DNA of 64,000 bases from IMG/VR virus record IMGVR_UViG_3300021492_000072; one strand, given 5' to 3'. This document shows positions 8,780-19,126 of this stretch, piece after piece. Position 1 is the first letter of the stretch. Every line of letters begins with the position of its first letter. The notes under the pieces are model-generated. The model ran no database searches and was not told the DNA's origin. It saw nothing but the letters and a program-made list of their open reading frames with translations. The position numbers and the translations under genes were made by a program. The stretch comes from a virus.

Positions 8780-9703
8780 CTACCACACATGATGCGGCCA
8801 CCTTATAACCCAACCATCATGTACGTAGTAATTGAACCTTAATAATAAGTCAAAGAAATCTCGAGCTAAAATATACTTCCAATACGCCGGTAACTCTGTT
8901 GACACAGTTGATTGTACGAGTGAGCGAAGGGGAAAACTCGCGACACGCATCTCTACTAACTCACTCTTAGTCATACCAAAAATCACTCTCATTACACCAC
9001 TTGGATAATGAAGGAGCTTAAAATCGATTGGGCGAAACTGAATCTCTCTAGATAAGTCAACTTGTGGTAGTGATTTAACAAGGCCCTCAAAAGCCTTCAC
9101 CAAATCTTCTTCAACTAGGACCCCCGCGTAAGGGCCAATATGGATTTTACGAACAATCGGATCAGAAATAATCCTAAACTCCCGCGTCTGAACCGCGAGC
9201 CGTAAGTTGAGCGCGGCCTTACCGACTTCAGAGTTCGTAATCACCAACGAAGGGGCAAACGTAACATTCATCTCGCACCGTTGTACCCCCTCAATTCGCA
9301 TAATTGAAAACTCATCGGTCAACATCTCCCAAACAGGGTCTGTCACCTTACCGAAAACCTTACTCAACTTAAGGTGAGGGAGCAACTCGCGACAAACAAC
9401 AATGTTATCAATTGGTTTATAACTCGTCGAAAGAACACCTCTAACTGTCTGCTCACGTAACCTCAACAAAAACTGAGTCTCCTTCAACACCCTATTTATT
9501 ACTTCACATAAGCCCTCTTCCTTTAGAATTTCAAAGAACTTCACAGTACAACCCGCAAAAGAGCACAATTGCGACGTCGCAGTATCATTCAAGGTTAAAG
9601 GTCCATTAGGATACACTATACCTCCACTACTATCCAATTTAAGAGAAGCGGTCACGTCCCTACATCCCTTCGTGAATTCCTCTACTTGACTAAGGAAGTC
9701 CAT
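8780..9703 (-). CDS. DUF932-like protein
   Basis: SQLC, LLRLR..VRGVLSTSYKPIDN, ITNSEVG motifs. Confidence 0.65.
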   Translation of the reverse strand: MDFLSQVEEFTKGCRDVTASLKLDSSGGIVYPNGPLTLNDTATSQLCSFAGCTVKFFEILKEEGLCEVINRVLKETQFLLRLREQTVRGVLSTSYKPIDNIVVCRELLPHLKLSKVFGKVTDPVWEMLTDEFSIMRIEGVQRCEMNVTFAPSLVITNSEVGKAALNLRLAVQTREFRIISDPIVRKIHIGPYAGVLVEEDLVKAFEGLVKSLPQVDLSREIQFRPIDFKLLHYPSGVMRVIFGMTKSELVEMRVASFPLRSLVQSTVSTELPAYWKYILARDFFDLLLRFNYYVHDGWVIRWPHHVW

Positions 9704-9725
9704 AGCCTACCTCCTTCTTGATCCT

Positions 9726-10142
9726 CTACGTATAGTTCAACCATTTGGGTGGCACTGTGTGCAACCCAAACCAGTACACCCACTTACCGTTACACACATG
9801 AGTGTAGTAAACCGTCGCGTACTCACCAACTCTGCCTAGTACTACCCATACATACTCTTGACCATGGTCCTCTGGGGGCCAAACTGGAGGCACAAGATCA
9901 ATGTCACCCCGTGGACATTCGTCCATTAGCCTCCGTACTAGAATAGCCGCTAGCTCCTCCATACCGTTAAACATCAACCGGTTTTCGCTTCCAACAGGGA
10001 TCCCATTCTCAATTGGTATTCCCAACAAGATTGACTTCAAATCCTCCCCATGACTACTCGGGTCTCCATCAAACTGTCTAGAAACACAAACAATCGGTCT
10101 GCGTTTCTCATCAAACACGTAAGTTAAACATTTCGTACCCAT
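9726..10142 (-). CDS. Hypothetical protein, tandem duplicate of 10199..10621 (start at MGTKC)
   Basis: Near-identical protein and DNA to its neighbour. Confidence 0.75.
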   Translation of the reverse strand: MGTKCLTYVFDEKRRPIVCVSRQFDGDPSSHGEDLKSILLGIPIENGIPVGSENRLMFNGMEELAAILVRRLMDECPRGDIDLVPPVWPPEDHGQEYVWVVLGRVGEYATVYYTHVCNGKWVYWFGLHTVPPKWLNYT

Positions 10143-10198
10143 TTCACACTCCTTCAAACCCTCATCACTACATTCATCAAAGTCGTGCACAACGCGCT

Positions 10199-10621
10199 CT
10201 AAATAGTAAATAGGAACCCCCGCCGAGCTAAGTCCACTTGAGGGCCAAACCAGTGATGCCATTTAATGTTACACGCATGAGTATAGTAAACTGTCGCGCA
10301 TTCACCAACCCTACCCAATACCACCCATATGTAATCTTGACCGTAATCCTCTGGAGGCCAGACCGGAGGCACAAGGTAAACATTTCCGCGGGGATTTTGG
10401 TCTTTTAACCTGTACACCAACAGAGCCGCCAGTTCTTCCATACCATTAAACAACAAACGATTCTTTTTTCCTAATGGGAGCCCGTCCACGATCGGGATTC
10501 CCGACAAGATCAACTTCAAGTCTTCTCCATGACCTTCGGGGTATCCATCAAACCGTCTGAGAACGCAAACGATTGGTTTACATTCTTCATCAAACACGTA
10601 AGTCAGGCATTTCGTCCCCAT
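10199..10621 (-). CDS. Hypothetical phage protein (DGYP..G..L / NGM..LAA family)
   Basis: Paralogs at 9726 and 33354. Confidence 0.8.
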   Translation of the reverse strand: MGTKCLTYVFDEECKPIVCVLRRFDGYPEGHGEDLKLILSGIPIVDGLPLGKKNRLLFNGMEELAALLVYRLKDQNPRGNVYLVPPVWPPEDYGQDYIWVVLGRVGECATVYYTHACNIKWHHWFGPQVDLARRGFLFTI

Positions 10622-10659
10622 CTTTCCATACTCCCTCTTCTAAACCTTAAGTGATTCCT

Positions 10660-11232
10660 TTACTTCTGACACTGACGGTAGTAAGTGCAAAATTTTTCCC
10701 ATTGTGAGACGATGGAATCCCCATACCGTATGTTAAAAAGGTACACATGCCATTGCAACTTAGCTCGATACACTACGTCCATCAAAGACAGAAGACGCGC
10801 GCCTCGAATTTTAAACGCGGTATAAGATTCAAACCCACTCCAATGAGCGCAGCGCACCCTAATAGTAACGGGATTCAAGTATGGCGGAGCTAAACGCCAC
10901 GCTTTTAGACAATCTGAGAGCGAGTTACTGAGCTTTAGTAACCGTCGTTGAGGTGTATTTATGCTGCGCAACGCGTCCTTCAACTTCACGAGAGTCATGG
11001 CTCGTGTACCATATCTCTCTAGCCGAATTGAGCCACTCGTTATTGCCAGATAGGGAAACCTCACCTCAACCTCATCATCCCCAAACTTCAATTCAACCAA
11101 CACATCGTTGGGCAACCGTGTTTTAAACTGAACACACGGCGCAACACACAAAATTGTTTCCAACACAACAGCGGGATGAATTTGGGACAGGAGTGACTTT
11201 TCTACTTCGATAAGCTCGTTATGTAAACTCAT
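10660..11232 (-). CDS. Hypothetical protein, paralog of 33750..34376
   Basis: SLLSQIHPAVVLETIL shared. Confidence 0.75.
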   Translation of the reverse strand: MSLHNELIEVEKSLLSQIHPAVVLETILCVAPCVQFKTRLPNDVLVELKFGDDEVEVRFPYLAITSGSIRLERYGTRAMTLVKLKDALRSINTPQRRLLKLSNSLSDCLKAWRLAPPYLNPVTIRVRCAHWSGFESYTAFKIRGARLLSLMDVVYRAKLQWHVYLFNIRYGDSIVSQWEKFCTYYRQCQK

Positions 11233-11256
11233 ATTCTCCTCAAACCCCCACCAAGT

Positions 11257-11679
11257 TTACCAAATATGGGTTAAGAAGTGCTTAAGCCAATCTAAGTTAA
11301 CATACTCAATCGGGTAATGTGCACGAAATAAATCCAACCTCATTCCCGCTTTAGTTATGGTGTACCGCCCCCGCTTCTCTCGCACTATCAACCCAAAAAC
11401 TAATAACTTCTCAAGCGGTCGTGACGTCCACGCAAATCCGGCCCATCCACGGCTCACTAAATACCTATGGATCTCACAATGCCTTGCGGACTTCTTCCTC
11501 TTCAAGAAATGAAGCACCGCCCTAGCACGCAGATCTAGTGTGAAGCGGTTCTCCAAGAATTGCTTCTCCCAAAATTGGCGGCGACTATAACTGCCTTGTA
11601 AAACACGTTGGATGGCTTCCTTGTCGGAAGGAAACACCTGCAACCATTCCATCGCGAAGTATTTAGTAGTTGACTCCAC
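11257..11679 (-). CDS. Winged-helix DNA-binding protein (putative)
   Basis: SRPLEKLLVFGLIVREKRGRYTITKAG. Confidence 0.6.
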   Translation of the reverse strand: MESTTKYFAMEWLQVFPSDKEAIQRVLQGSYSRRQFWEKQFLENRFTLDLRARAVLHFLKRKKSARHCEIHRYLVSRGWAGFAWTSRPLEKLLVFGLIVREKRGRYTITKAGMRLDLFRAHYPIEYVNLDWLKHFLTHIW

Positions 11680-12392
11680 TACACTACCTCCTCAAGTTCA
11701 ATCAAACATCTTAAACCCTCAAGGTTCCTTTTTGTCAGTTGTATAACAGGTGCGTAGCACGGAGTAAAAGTCTCACTCCAGACCCAAAGAACACATCCAG
11801 GAGCGTACTTCAACGTGAACATATCGCTCAACGAGCGAATCACTCCCCACTCACGGTCCCCCAAAGTCACTCTGAAGCAGTAACCCAGCCGTACTAATTG
11901 AAGCGCGGCAACAATGGGTGGAACCGTAAACCAAGTAAATTTGGTCAATCCATACGCAGGGGTGTGATATATAGTCAGCTTACCTTTTATCACACGCTTT
12001 ACGACTTCAAGTTTAGTAATGAACAGCAGTCGGTAGCTAAAACACAAGTCATCACGCACCTCAAGGGGTAGACTAACATTACCAGCCTTAAACAGTGATT
12101 CAGAAAGAGATAAACCCAAACCCTTGGGGTGGTGTACCAACTTGGTCCAAAGTGCGGGTCCATCGACTACAAAAGCCCTAAAGCGATTATACACCTGGAA
12201 AAAGTCCTCCCATGACATAGGAAAGTAGTTATGCTTACATGTTTGCACAAAACGCCCACGACGCGAGGACACTGTGACGTGAGCCCGCCTCCTGAACATC
12301 GTCACCGACGCCTCAAAGTGAGGTACCGTTGATCCAGGACGTGGGCCATAACCCAACGAAACTGTTTTCAACTCCCACTTCAACCGCTTCAC
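11679..12392 (-). CDS. Hypothetical protein, paralog of 1372..2085
   Basis: See 1372..2085. Confidence 0.7.
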   Translation of the reverse strand: MKRLKWELKTVSLGYGPRPGSTVPHFEASVTMFRRRAHVTVSSRRGRFVQTCKHNYFPMSWEDFFQVYNRFRAFVVDGPALWTKLVHHPKGLGLSLSESLFKAGNVSLPLEVRDDLCFSYRLLFITKLEVVKRVIKGKLTIYHTPAYGLTKFTWFTVPPIVAALQLVRLGYCFRVTLGDREWGVIRSLSDMFTLKYAPGCVLWVWSETFTPCYAPVIQLTKRNLEGLRCLIELEEVV

Positions 12393-12406
12393 ATATTCAC
12401 CTCCTC

Positions 12407-13609
12407 TTATATCATTAAGACTCTACCAAATGGAAACTCCATCCCAATAGTGCCTGGTCCTTCAACCACCACCCAAAGTACTGAGTAAGGCGGCACCTTT
12501 TCAGGAAACGCACCGTATCCATCTGTAAAATAAACTAAAATCGCGGGATTTAAACGGCGTTCCTCAACGTTCTCGAAGACAGGACGAAAGTCCGTTCCAC
12601 CACCGCCACTAACTTTAACAGGGAACGCTGGATTATGGTAAAACTCGTGTACCTTCGCATCACAAACGTACACATATAAATCAGTAACTACCCTTTTTAG
12701 CTGTTCTAACTCTGTCATAAATTGTGTCAGCTCAGTTCGACTGATTGACCCACTTGTGTCAATCGCAGCAACAACTTGGGTTGAACACTTTTGTGATCCA
12801 GGAATCCTAATTCCATTCTTAAAACAAGTTCGAGACCATATTGGAATCCTTGTGTAAGTGAAGTATTTACTCCTTCGCCCCACAGCTGAAACTATCTTTG
12901 AACGTACATACAAAGTCCATCTCACTTTTGGAACAGCTCGATCAAACTCCCTCGCCAATCCTGCTGGTAAATCTCCCCGGCTCTTCCTCAAAGCGTCTGC
13001 GAACTCCTCTCTTGCTAACCCAGATCCTTCCAATTTCCTTCCTTCCTCAGGGCGTGAAGCAACTGAAACTCCTTTTGTACCACGTGAACTATCATGCCAT
13101 TCAACATATGAGCCAAAACCATCGTCGGGTCCCTTATCCCCCACCTGAAATGATATTCCATCAACTGTAAATTGCTTTAACCCCTTTGATAGCGCGTCAC
13201 CAATTTGGTCTACTAACCAGCGGTATACAACCTCCACCGGGCCATCGGGTGCGCGCTCAAAGAAAACTAAACCCGAGTTTTGTATTTCGTTTCGATCAGT
13301 GAACCCAATATCGGTAAGGATTTTATGTACCACATGGTCCGCGGCTAGATTCCACAGCACAGGTTGTCTCCCTTGACCTCTCTCAATATGAAGGAATGTG
13401 TGGTGCAACAGTTCATGAGCGTAAGCGATTTCCTTCATCCGCTTTGGTAACGAGGGGCGCAGATAAATATGACCCCCTTTTGTTGCACACGCGGAGGCGA
13501 ATTCTGGTAGCCCGTCTGTGTAAGCCACAGGCGCATACAACGCTATTGACACCTGCAAAGCGTTGTAAACCCGTAGTCGGATACCTGTAAAGTCAGTTGC
13601 TTGTTTCAT
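12407..13609 (-). CDS. DUF2201-type metallopeptidase-vWA protein
   Basis: AHELLHH, WNLAAD; MIDAS DTSGS, GGGGTDF, YFTDGY. Confidence 0.9.
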   Translation of the reverse strand: MKQATDFTGIRLRVYNALQVSIALYAPVAYTDGLPEFASACATKGGHIYLRPSLPKRMKEIAYAHELLHHTFLHIERGQGRQPVLWNLAADHVVHKILTDIGFTDRNEIQNSGLVFFERAPDGPVEVVYRWLVDQIGDALSKGLKQFTVDGISFQVGDKGPDDGFGSYVEWHDSSRGTKGVSVASRPEEGRKLEGSGLAREEFADALRKSRGDLPAGLAREFDRAVPKVRWTLYVRSKIVSAVGRRSKYFTYTRIPIWSRTCFKNGIRIPGSQKCSTQVVAAIDTSGSISRTELTQFMTELEQLKRVVTDLYVYVCDAKVHEFYHNPAFPVKVSGGGGTDFRPVFENVEERRLNPAILVYFTDGYGAFPEKVPPYSVLWVVVEGPGTIGMEFPFGRVLMI

Positions 13610-13632
13610 ACAAAGCCTCCTAACAAGACATT

Positions 13633-13662
13633 AAAGGGCCCTAGATTAGCTAGGGCCCCTTT
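13633..13662 (-). terminator. GC-rich hairpin between the AAA and vWA genes (terminator/processing stem)
   Basis: AAAGGGCCCTAG-ATTAG-CTAGGGCCCCTTTT. Confidence 0.5.
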
Positions 13663-14640
13663 TTACCTCCCCTCCATCTTCTTTATCAGCCCGTCTGTGA
13701 TCTTTGATAGTGTGGGGTGATCAGCCAACTTATAGATATCACCGAAGTTGAACGTCATCTCCCCCATTACATAACACATTTGAGCTTCAGCGGTTAACCT
13801 CTTCGCAACAAAATCCAAAACCTTAACGTTCGGTTTGTGCCGAGACAAAGCAGCTGCAATCACAACCTGATCTTTTACTGACTCTGGCTTCGATTTTAAC
13901 AGGTCGTTTATACTCTTACCTAAAATTGGGTAACTATCAATAAATTTAGCACCTGCGTTGACTCCAACAACCCCCACCGCTATATTAAGGTCAAATCCAG
14001 CACTCAGAACTTTGTGTAGATTAAACCAACTCCTCGGTGAATGAAACTTTTGGGAAGTAGGAGGATCAGGATCATAAAGAAACTCAGGGTATGCAATCAA
14101 GAACGCGGAGATTTTGCTGCTTACATTTCGGCTCGTCGCGTACTGAATAAAATCCTCTACTGTAGGATTAAACTCAATAGCGATGTCGAACCTGTCCATC
14201 ACAGGCGCTAATAGCTCTGACGCACCCGCGCTATGCAGAGATAGATTCCCAGCCGCAACAAATCTCGTTTCGTCGGATGTCTCGTGTCCGTGTAGACGAT
14301 GACACAAGAGCAGCTCAAACAACGGGGATTGAAGTTGTTCAGAAGCGAGATGTATGTCATCGAAGAACAATACACGCTTCCCATCAGCTGGTAACGGCAG
14401 CCAATTAGGTCGAGTCCAGTACGTTGCATCATCCCTAATGTCAGGGAGACCTTTGGCCTCGCCTGGTTCCATCAAATACAGCCGGAGTTCGTCAATAGGC
14501 ATGCCGAGTTCTGCTGCTGCTTGAGCTGTGATTTCTGACTTACCACAACCTGGCGGGCCAGAAATCAACACAGACAGGTTGTGTTCCAACGCTGTCTTCA
14601 AACACTCTTTAAGCTGTTTTCCACCACTGATCTTATACAT
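13663..14640 (-). CDS. MoxR-like AAA+ ATPase
   Basis: Walker A GPPGCGKS, Walker B LFFDD, AAGN, DRF, SPRSW; adjacent to the vWA gene. Confidence 0.9.
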   Translation of the reverse strand: MYKISGGKQLKECLKTALEHNLSVLISGPPGCGKSEITAQAAAELGMPIDELRLYLMEPGEAKGLPDIRDDATYWTRPNWLPLPADGKRVLFFDDIHLASEQLQSPLFELLLCHRLHGHETSDETRFVAAGNLSLHSAGASELLAPVMDRFDIAIEFNPTVEDFIQYATSRNVSSKISAFLIAYPEFLYDPDPPTSQKFHSPRSWFNLHKVLSAGFDLNIAVGVVGVNAGAKFIDSYPILGKSINDLLKSKPESVKDQVVIAAALSRHKPNVKVLDFVAKRLTAEAQMCYVMGEMTFNFGDIYKLADHPTLSKITDGLIKKMEGR

Positions 14641-14725
14641 CTTTTCACCTCCTTCTCTTTTAATTTACCTCAAACAAATAAAACCGTACTAGTCTAAAGC
14701 ACGGTACCTTAGCCACTTATGACTA

Positions 14726-14899
14726 TCACCACTTCTTATAAGGCCAAGAGATCTTTTTATTAGGTTCAGAGTTACTTTTCAACTCTTCCAAATGTCGTGA
14801 TAAAGCCGAGTTTTCCAAAGCAAGCTTCTCAACCTCTAGTTTCAGTTTTTTCCTCTTTAACCTAAAATACGTAACCAACTCAGTCAGGAAACGCCACAT
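14726..14899 (-). CDS. Small coiled-coil protein (57 aa)
   Basis: Manual translation MWRFLTELVTYFRLKRKKLKLEVEKLALEN...; AAGGAG upstream. Confidence 0.5.
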   Translation of the reverse strand: MWRFLTELVTYFRLKRKKLKLEVEKLALENSALSRHLEELKSNSEPNKKISWPYKKW

Positions 14900-14994
14900 T
14901 CACAACACTCCTTGAAAAAATTTAAAATTTAAAAAAATAAAAAATTAGTACTCACATCTGAACTCACTACCTTACAGTTGTGCTCTACCAGGTA

Positions 14995-15687
14995 TTACAT
15001 CCCCCCACTCATCAGTGAAGGCCCCCCTCTACCTATAAAGTATCTCCAAAATAGCGCGACTCGACGACGAGCAAAGTAAGTTGGGATCCAAACAACCCCA
15101 GCTCCTATCGACGATACTGCCCTCTTTAGTCCTTCTATGTCAGTAATTCTGGTCACATTACCCGAACACGTAGAAGTACCTACTGTGGGGTTGACCCTCT
15201 GAATGACCACCTCATATCCAGCGCTTACATACATAGTAGTAGCTGAGACATTCCACACACCCTTAGAAGGATATAGGGTTATACTGCCTGTACCACCACG
15301 TTGGGACAAACAAGCACAACCTCTAACTTGCAGTGACCCATAACGTGTGTTAACCTCGGCCTGTCCTTCGACCTCAACTCGCCCGGTCCAAGAGCGGTAC
15401 ACGCTCCGCACTCTCGAACCTACTATTACCCTCACTGCTAATTGGCGGAAACGGTGCTGGCTCAACCCACTTGCTGATTCTGCTAAAGATAACCAATTCT
15501 GAACCTTGTGCGAGCGGTACAGCTCGGCAACATGACGCACAAGCAATTCTGGATTATCTAAGCTCCACTTATGAGTAACTTCACACTCAAAAGGGTGAGT
15601 GATCCGTAGTTTAGTAGGTCCTAGCCAGAAAGACAGGTGCTCACTTGATGCTACAACCCCTGTAACCTCCAACTTAAGAATCATCAC
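14995..15687 (-). CDS. Hypothetical protein
   Basis: 230-aa ORF on the coding strand. Confidence 0.65.
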   Translation of the reverse strand: MMILKLEVTGVVASSEHLSFWLGPTKLRITHPFECEVTHKWSLDNPELLVRHVAELYRSHKVQNWLSLAESASGLSQHRFRQLAVRVIVGSRVRSVYRSWTGRVEVEGQAEVNTRYGSLQVRGCACLSQRGGTGSITLYPSKGVWNVSATTMYVSAGYEVVIQRVNPTVGTSTCSGNVTRITDIEGLKRAVSSIGAGVVWIPTYFARRRVALFWRYFIGRGGPSLMSGGM

Positions 15688-15732
15688 TAATCAGCAATTC
15701 CTTTCATAAAGATCTCCTCTAGTAGGTGAAGG

Positions 15733-16179
15733 TCAGTCAGTCGTGGACCATACTCTCAAACCAACGTCCAAAAACTCCTTAATGCCATAGTCTCGCACAA
15801 CCCACTTCACTTTCCCCGCCGTTACCTGCTTTTGTATATGCAACAGTGCATGGTAAACAAGGGCTTCCCTAGTTTGATCTGACGATCTGTCCCAAAAAGG
15901 CTTCCACACTTCAACCACATAGTCGTACCCCGTCAGATATGACCACTTTCCTACCGTGCGTGAGCACTTTCCAAAAAACGAGCTCTTCTCAGCCTTGTAA
16001 AACAGGAACTTAATCACAGCCTCTTCTGCGTCACTCAACTGAAACTTCTTAATCAGTTTCTTCGCTAGCGCTTCCACTTCCGGGGCGTCCACGTACTTCT
16101 CGGCTTCCTTCGATGAAATTACCTCCTCAACAACCTCCTCTAATGTCATCTCTTTAGCCATTTTTTTCCTCCTTACCAA
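15733..16179 (-). CDS. Putative phage metallopeptidase-family protein with altered HExxH (HALLH)
   Basis: GKC..W..YDYVVEV...W...REALVYHALLHI pattern. Confidence 0.65.
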   Translation of the reverse strand: MVRRKKMAKEMTLEEVVEEVISSKEAEKYVDAPEVEALAKKLIKKFQLSDAEEAVIKFLFYKAEKSSFFGKCSRTVGKWSYLTGYDYVVEVWKPFWDRSSDQTREALVYHALLHIQKQVTAGKVKWVVRDYGIKEFLDVGLRVWSTTD

Positions 16180-16226
16180 TACTATTCATGATTATTCCAC
16201 CAAGCTTTGTCTCTTACTATAAACGC

Positions 16227-16475
16227 CTATGCGACCTCTACCAACCTGCCACAGTACGGGCAGGTTATTGTGGTATCATAATCGCTTCTTACCATAAACT
16301 CTCTATTACACACCCCACATACTTCTTTCACAAACACTTCCCCATGTTCTCTATCTTCAATTGCAAACTCCACCACATTGTTTTTGAATATTGGGTTCTC
16401 CAGAGTTACTCCTCTATCTCGGGGCTCGATCTCACTATCAAACAATTCCCTAAAGCTTATCCAGTTTCTTCCCAC
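16227..16475 (-). CDS. Zn-ribbon protein
   Basis: CGVC...CPYC. Confidence 0.7.
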   Translation of the reverse strand: MGRNWISFRELFDSEIEPRDRGVTLENPIFKNNVVEFAIEDREHGEVFVKEVCGVCNREFMVRSDYDTTITCPYCGRLVEVA

Positions 16476-16520
16476 CTCTCATCACCTCCTTTCTCATCCG
16501 ACTCCTTTCTACAAAATTCC

Positions 16521-16817
16521 CTAGTTTTTCTTTCTTCCTACCCAAAAGACTGTCCGCGAATTATTCCACCCAGGCTTTTCGCCAAAAATCCTCTCACACA
16601 TAGCTTCCACATCTTTATAGAACTTTTCAGAGAGATACACAAATGCATAGCCTTCACGGTACGGCTCTGGATTGACATAAGGATCCTGAAACTCAAGTAC
16701 CGCCTCAAAGACAGCTAAAGTAGCCTTGACTTCCTTCAACTTCAACTTAACAACCCCTGACCTAGTGTTAAATCCATCTACGAAGTCCTTACAAGTACTT
16801 TCCCATTCTTTCATCAT
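16521..16817 (-). CDS. Hypothetical protein
   Basis: Operon tiling. Confidence 0.65.
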   Translation of the reverse strand: MMKEWESTCKDFVDGFNTRSGVVKLKLKEVKATLAVFEAVLEFQDPYVNPEPYREGYAFVYLSEKFYKDVEAMCERIFGEKPGWNNSRTVFWVGRKKN

Positions 16818-17131
16818 TACCCCCTACTCATCTCTCTTAACTTCTCATCTGGTGTTGTCTTAACCAAGGCTTCACAAACGTCTCGTTCATACGCACCAAT
16901 TAACACAACCATCCATGTTCCCTGTGCACGCTGACGAATTTTCATCATACGTAGCGTACGAGCTTCTGCCTCATACCTCTTAAGTATATGCTTCATCTTG
17001 GCTCGCAAGGCCAACTTTAGGAAGCGAGGGTCAACATACCGAGCTATGAAATGAGAATCGAGATATTTCCGCCCAGTAGCCCAATCATAACCCCATGTAA
17101 AGATCGTTCTCGCGCCTCCTTTACGTTTCAT
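16817..17131 (-). CDS. Hypothetical basic protein
   Basis: Follows an AT tract and SD. Confidence 0.65.
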   Translation of the reverse strand: MKRKGGARTIFTWGYDWATGRKYLDSHFIARYVDPRFLKLALRAKMKHILKRYEAEARTLRMMKIRQRAQGTWMVVLIGAYERDVCEALVKTTPDEKLREMSRG

Positions 17132-17184
17132 CAGACTTCCTTTTTAAAAAATTTTAATTTTAAAAAAATTTTTTTTGACCGCAC

Positions 17185-17520
17185 CTACGCACAAAGACGT
17201 AAGAGCCTTCTCTCACCTTGCGAGAGGTTCAGCACATCTTCTAACCAACTCAACAGATCCTCTTTCGCGATAAATTCAGGGCAAGCAAGAGACACCAACG
17301 TTCCAACTCTATCAATCATAATCCGCGCACCGTACTTAAGCGCGCGCGTGGCAGCCCCAGGATATCTTCTCCTAAAGGCGCTCCAGTACCCCAAATGATT
17401 TGGGCTAACATGAATGTGATAACACCCATTAACACGTACTATAACCGCAGATTCCACAAGCATATGCGGCACTGCGGAGGACATTATGTAAGTCAGCATC
17501 CACACTGTGCCTTCTCGCAA
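17185..17520 (-). CDS. Array family member 1
   Basis: SAVP..CPEF..WLEDVLNLSQGERRLL. Confidence 0.85.
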   Translation of the reverse strand: MREGTVWMLTYIMSSAVPHMLVESAVIVRVNGCYHIHVSPNHLGYWSAFRRRYPGAATRALKYGARIMIDRVGTLVSLACPEFIAKEDLLSWLEDVLNLSQGERRLLRLCA

Positions 17521-17813
17521 ATGTATAGCAACCTTCGCTCTCCTTGTGACAAACCTAGTGTGTCCGCCAACCAGTCTAACAATCCTTTTTGTGTAGAAAA
17601 CTCAGGACAAGTGCCACTCATTTTTGCACCACGCTCTTGCGCCAATCTCACACTATTAGAGTACCTCCTCTTAAACTGTGCCCAATATTCACTATGGTCA
17701 GGGGTGACTAAAATAAAGTACCACCGCCCCTTAACCAAGTCAGTGATCACCGCATAGCTAACTCGCGCGTTAGGTACAGCATGTGATAGTATGTGAGTTA
17801 ACATTTGCATCAA
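17493..17813 (-). CDS. Array family member 2
   Basis: HAVP..CPEF..GERRLL. Confidence 0.85.
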   Translation of the reverse strand: MMQMLTHILSHAVPNARVSYAVITDLVKGRWYFILVTPDHSEYWAQFKRRYSNSVRLAQERGAKMSGTCPEFSTQKGLLDWLADTLGLSQGERRLLYICEKAQCGC

Positions 17814-18145
17814 AGTAAACTAAGCTCCAACAGTTTTCTCTCACCCTGTGACAAACTTAGTGTGTCCGCTAACCAACCCAGCAAATTCTCTTTTGAATGA
17901 AACACCGGGCACTGTCGGCGCCCTAACTCAAGATCAAGTTCTTCAACACCACGTGCGCAAGCTAATCGTTTATAGTGAGGATACTTTTGTCTAAAACATC
18001 CCCAAAAGTCCCTGTGGTGGGGCTCAACTACTATATAATAGTCACTTATGCCCCACTTAGGCAAATCCCAATGTTCTATCCTCGCCGATTCAACATACAC
18101 TTCTGGTACAGCTCGTGCTAATAATTGAGTCAAAAACCGAGACAA
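17810..18145 (-). CDS. Array family member 3
   Basis: RAVP..CPVF..GERKLL. Confidence 0.85.
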   Translation of the reverse strand: MSRFLTQLLARAVPEVYVESARIEHWDLPKWGISDYYIVVEPHHRDFWGCFRQKYPHYKRLACARGVEELDLELGRRQCPVFHSKENLLGWLADTLSLSQGERKLLELSLL

Positions 18146-18465
18146 CCTCCATACCCCTCACACAGAAGTAGAAGTTTTCTTTCACCCTGAGTCAATTTAA
18201 GCACATCAGATAGCCACTCAAACAAATCCCCCAAATCAGCAAATTCTGGGCAAAAGCCACGAGCTATTGATTCCTTTGTTGCTCCCTTTGAGAACGCTAT
18301 TTTCGCCCCATACGGATAAGTTTCCCTAAACCGCTCCCAATACCCGTAGTGATTCGGTCCAACTAAAATCCAATACAACCCTGACGATGCTCTAACCACT
18401 GTTGCTGACTCAACACGTACTTTTGGTACAGCATCCGCTAGTAATTGAGTCAAAACTTGCGGCAC
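18130..18465 (-). CDS. Array family member 4
   Basis: Family scaffold. Confidence 0.85.
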   Translation of the reverse strand: MPQVLTQLLADAVPKVRVESATVVRASSGLYWILVGPNHYGYWERFRETYPYGAKIAFSKGATKESIARGFCPEFADLGDLFEWLSDVLKLTQGERKLLLLCEGYGGCLGF

Positions 18466-18791
18466 CTTTTACACCTCTTACATAGAAGTAATAAAAGATT
18501 TCTTTCACCTTGAGGTAACTCGAGCACCTCAAACAACCAATTAAGCAAATTTTCCAAATCATCAAATTCCGGGCAAAAGCCGCGTAGCCCTAGTGAGTCT
18601 TTCCGTACATGATATGTAAACGCAACTTGCTTCCAGTGAGGATAAATCTCCCCAAACCGCTCCCAATACTTCTCATGATCCGGGTCAACTAAAATCCAGT
18701 ACACATTCGGTAACGCTCTAATCACCGTCGCTGACTTAACGTACACATCTGGCACAGCGTTCGCTAGTAAGCGAGTTAAAAACCGGGGCAT
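18450..18791 (-). CDS. Array family member 5 (start MPRFL)
   Basis: Family scaffold. Confidence 0.85.
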   Translation of the reverse strand: MPRFLTRLLANAVPDVYVKSATVIRALPNVYWILVDPDHEKYWERFGEIYPHWKQVAFTYHVRKDSLGLRGFCPEFDDLENLLNWLFEVLELPQGERNLLLLLCKRCKRCRKF

Positions 18792-19126
18792 CCTCTGCGC
18801 CCTACACATAAAAGCAGTAGTTTTCTTTCACCGTAATCCAGCCCAAGCACATCAAACAACCAGTTAAGTAAATTTTCCAAAACATCAAACTCTGGACAAA
18901 AGCCACACGAGTTTAACGAGTCCTTCCGTGCATGATATGTAAATGCAACTCGTTTCCAGTGAGGATAAATCTCTTTAAACTGCCACCAGTACCTATAATG
19001 ATTTGGCTCAACGCTAATCCAGTACGACCACAACCATGGTGCTCTGAATGTTTTGACCAACGACGCTGACTCAACACGCACATCAGGCACGACACGCGCT
19101 AATAACGAGGTCAATATCTGCGACAT
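18776..19126 (-). CDS. Array family member 6
   Basis: Family scaffold. Confidence 0.85.
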   Translation of the reverse strand: MSQILTSLLARVVPDVRVESASLVKTFRAPWLWSYWISVEPNHYRYWWQFKEIYPHWKRVAFTYHARKDSLNSCGFCPEFDVLENLLNWLFDVLGLDYGERKLLLLCVGRRGCPGF

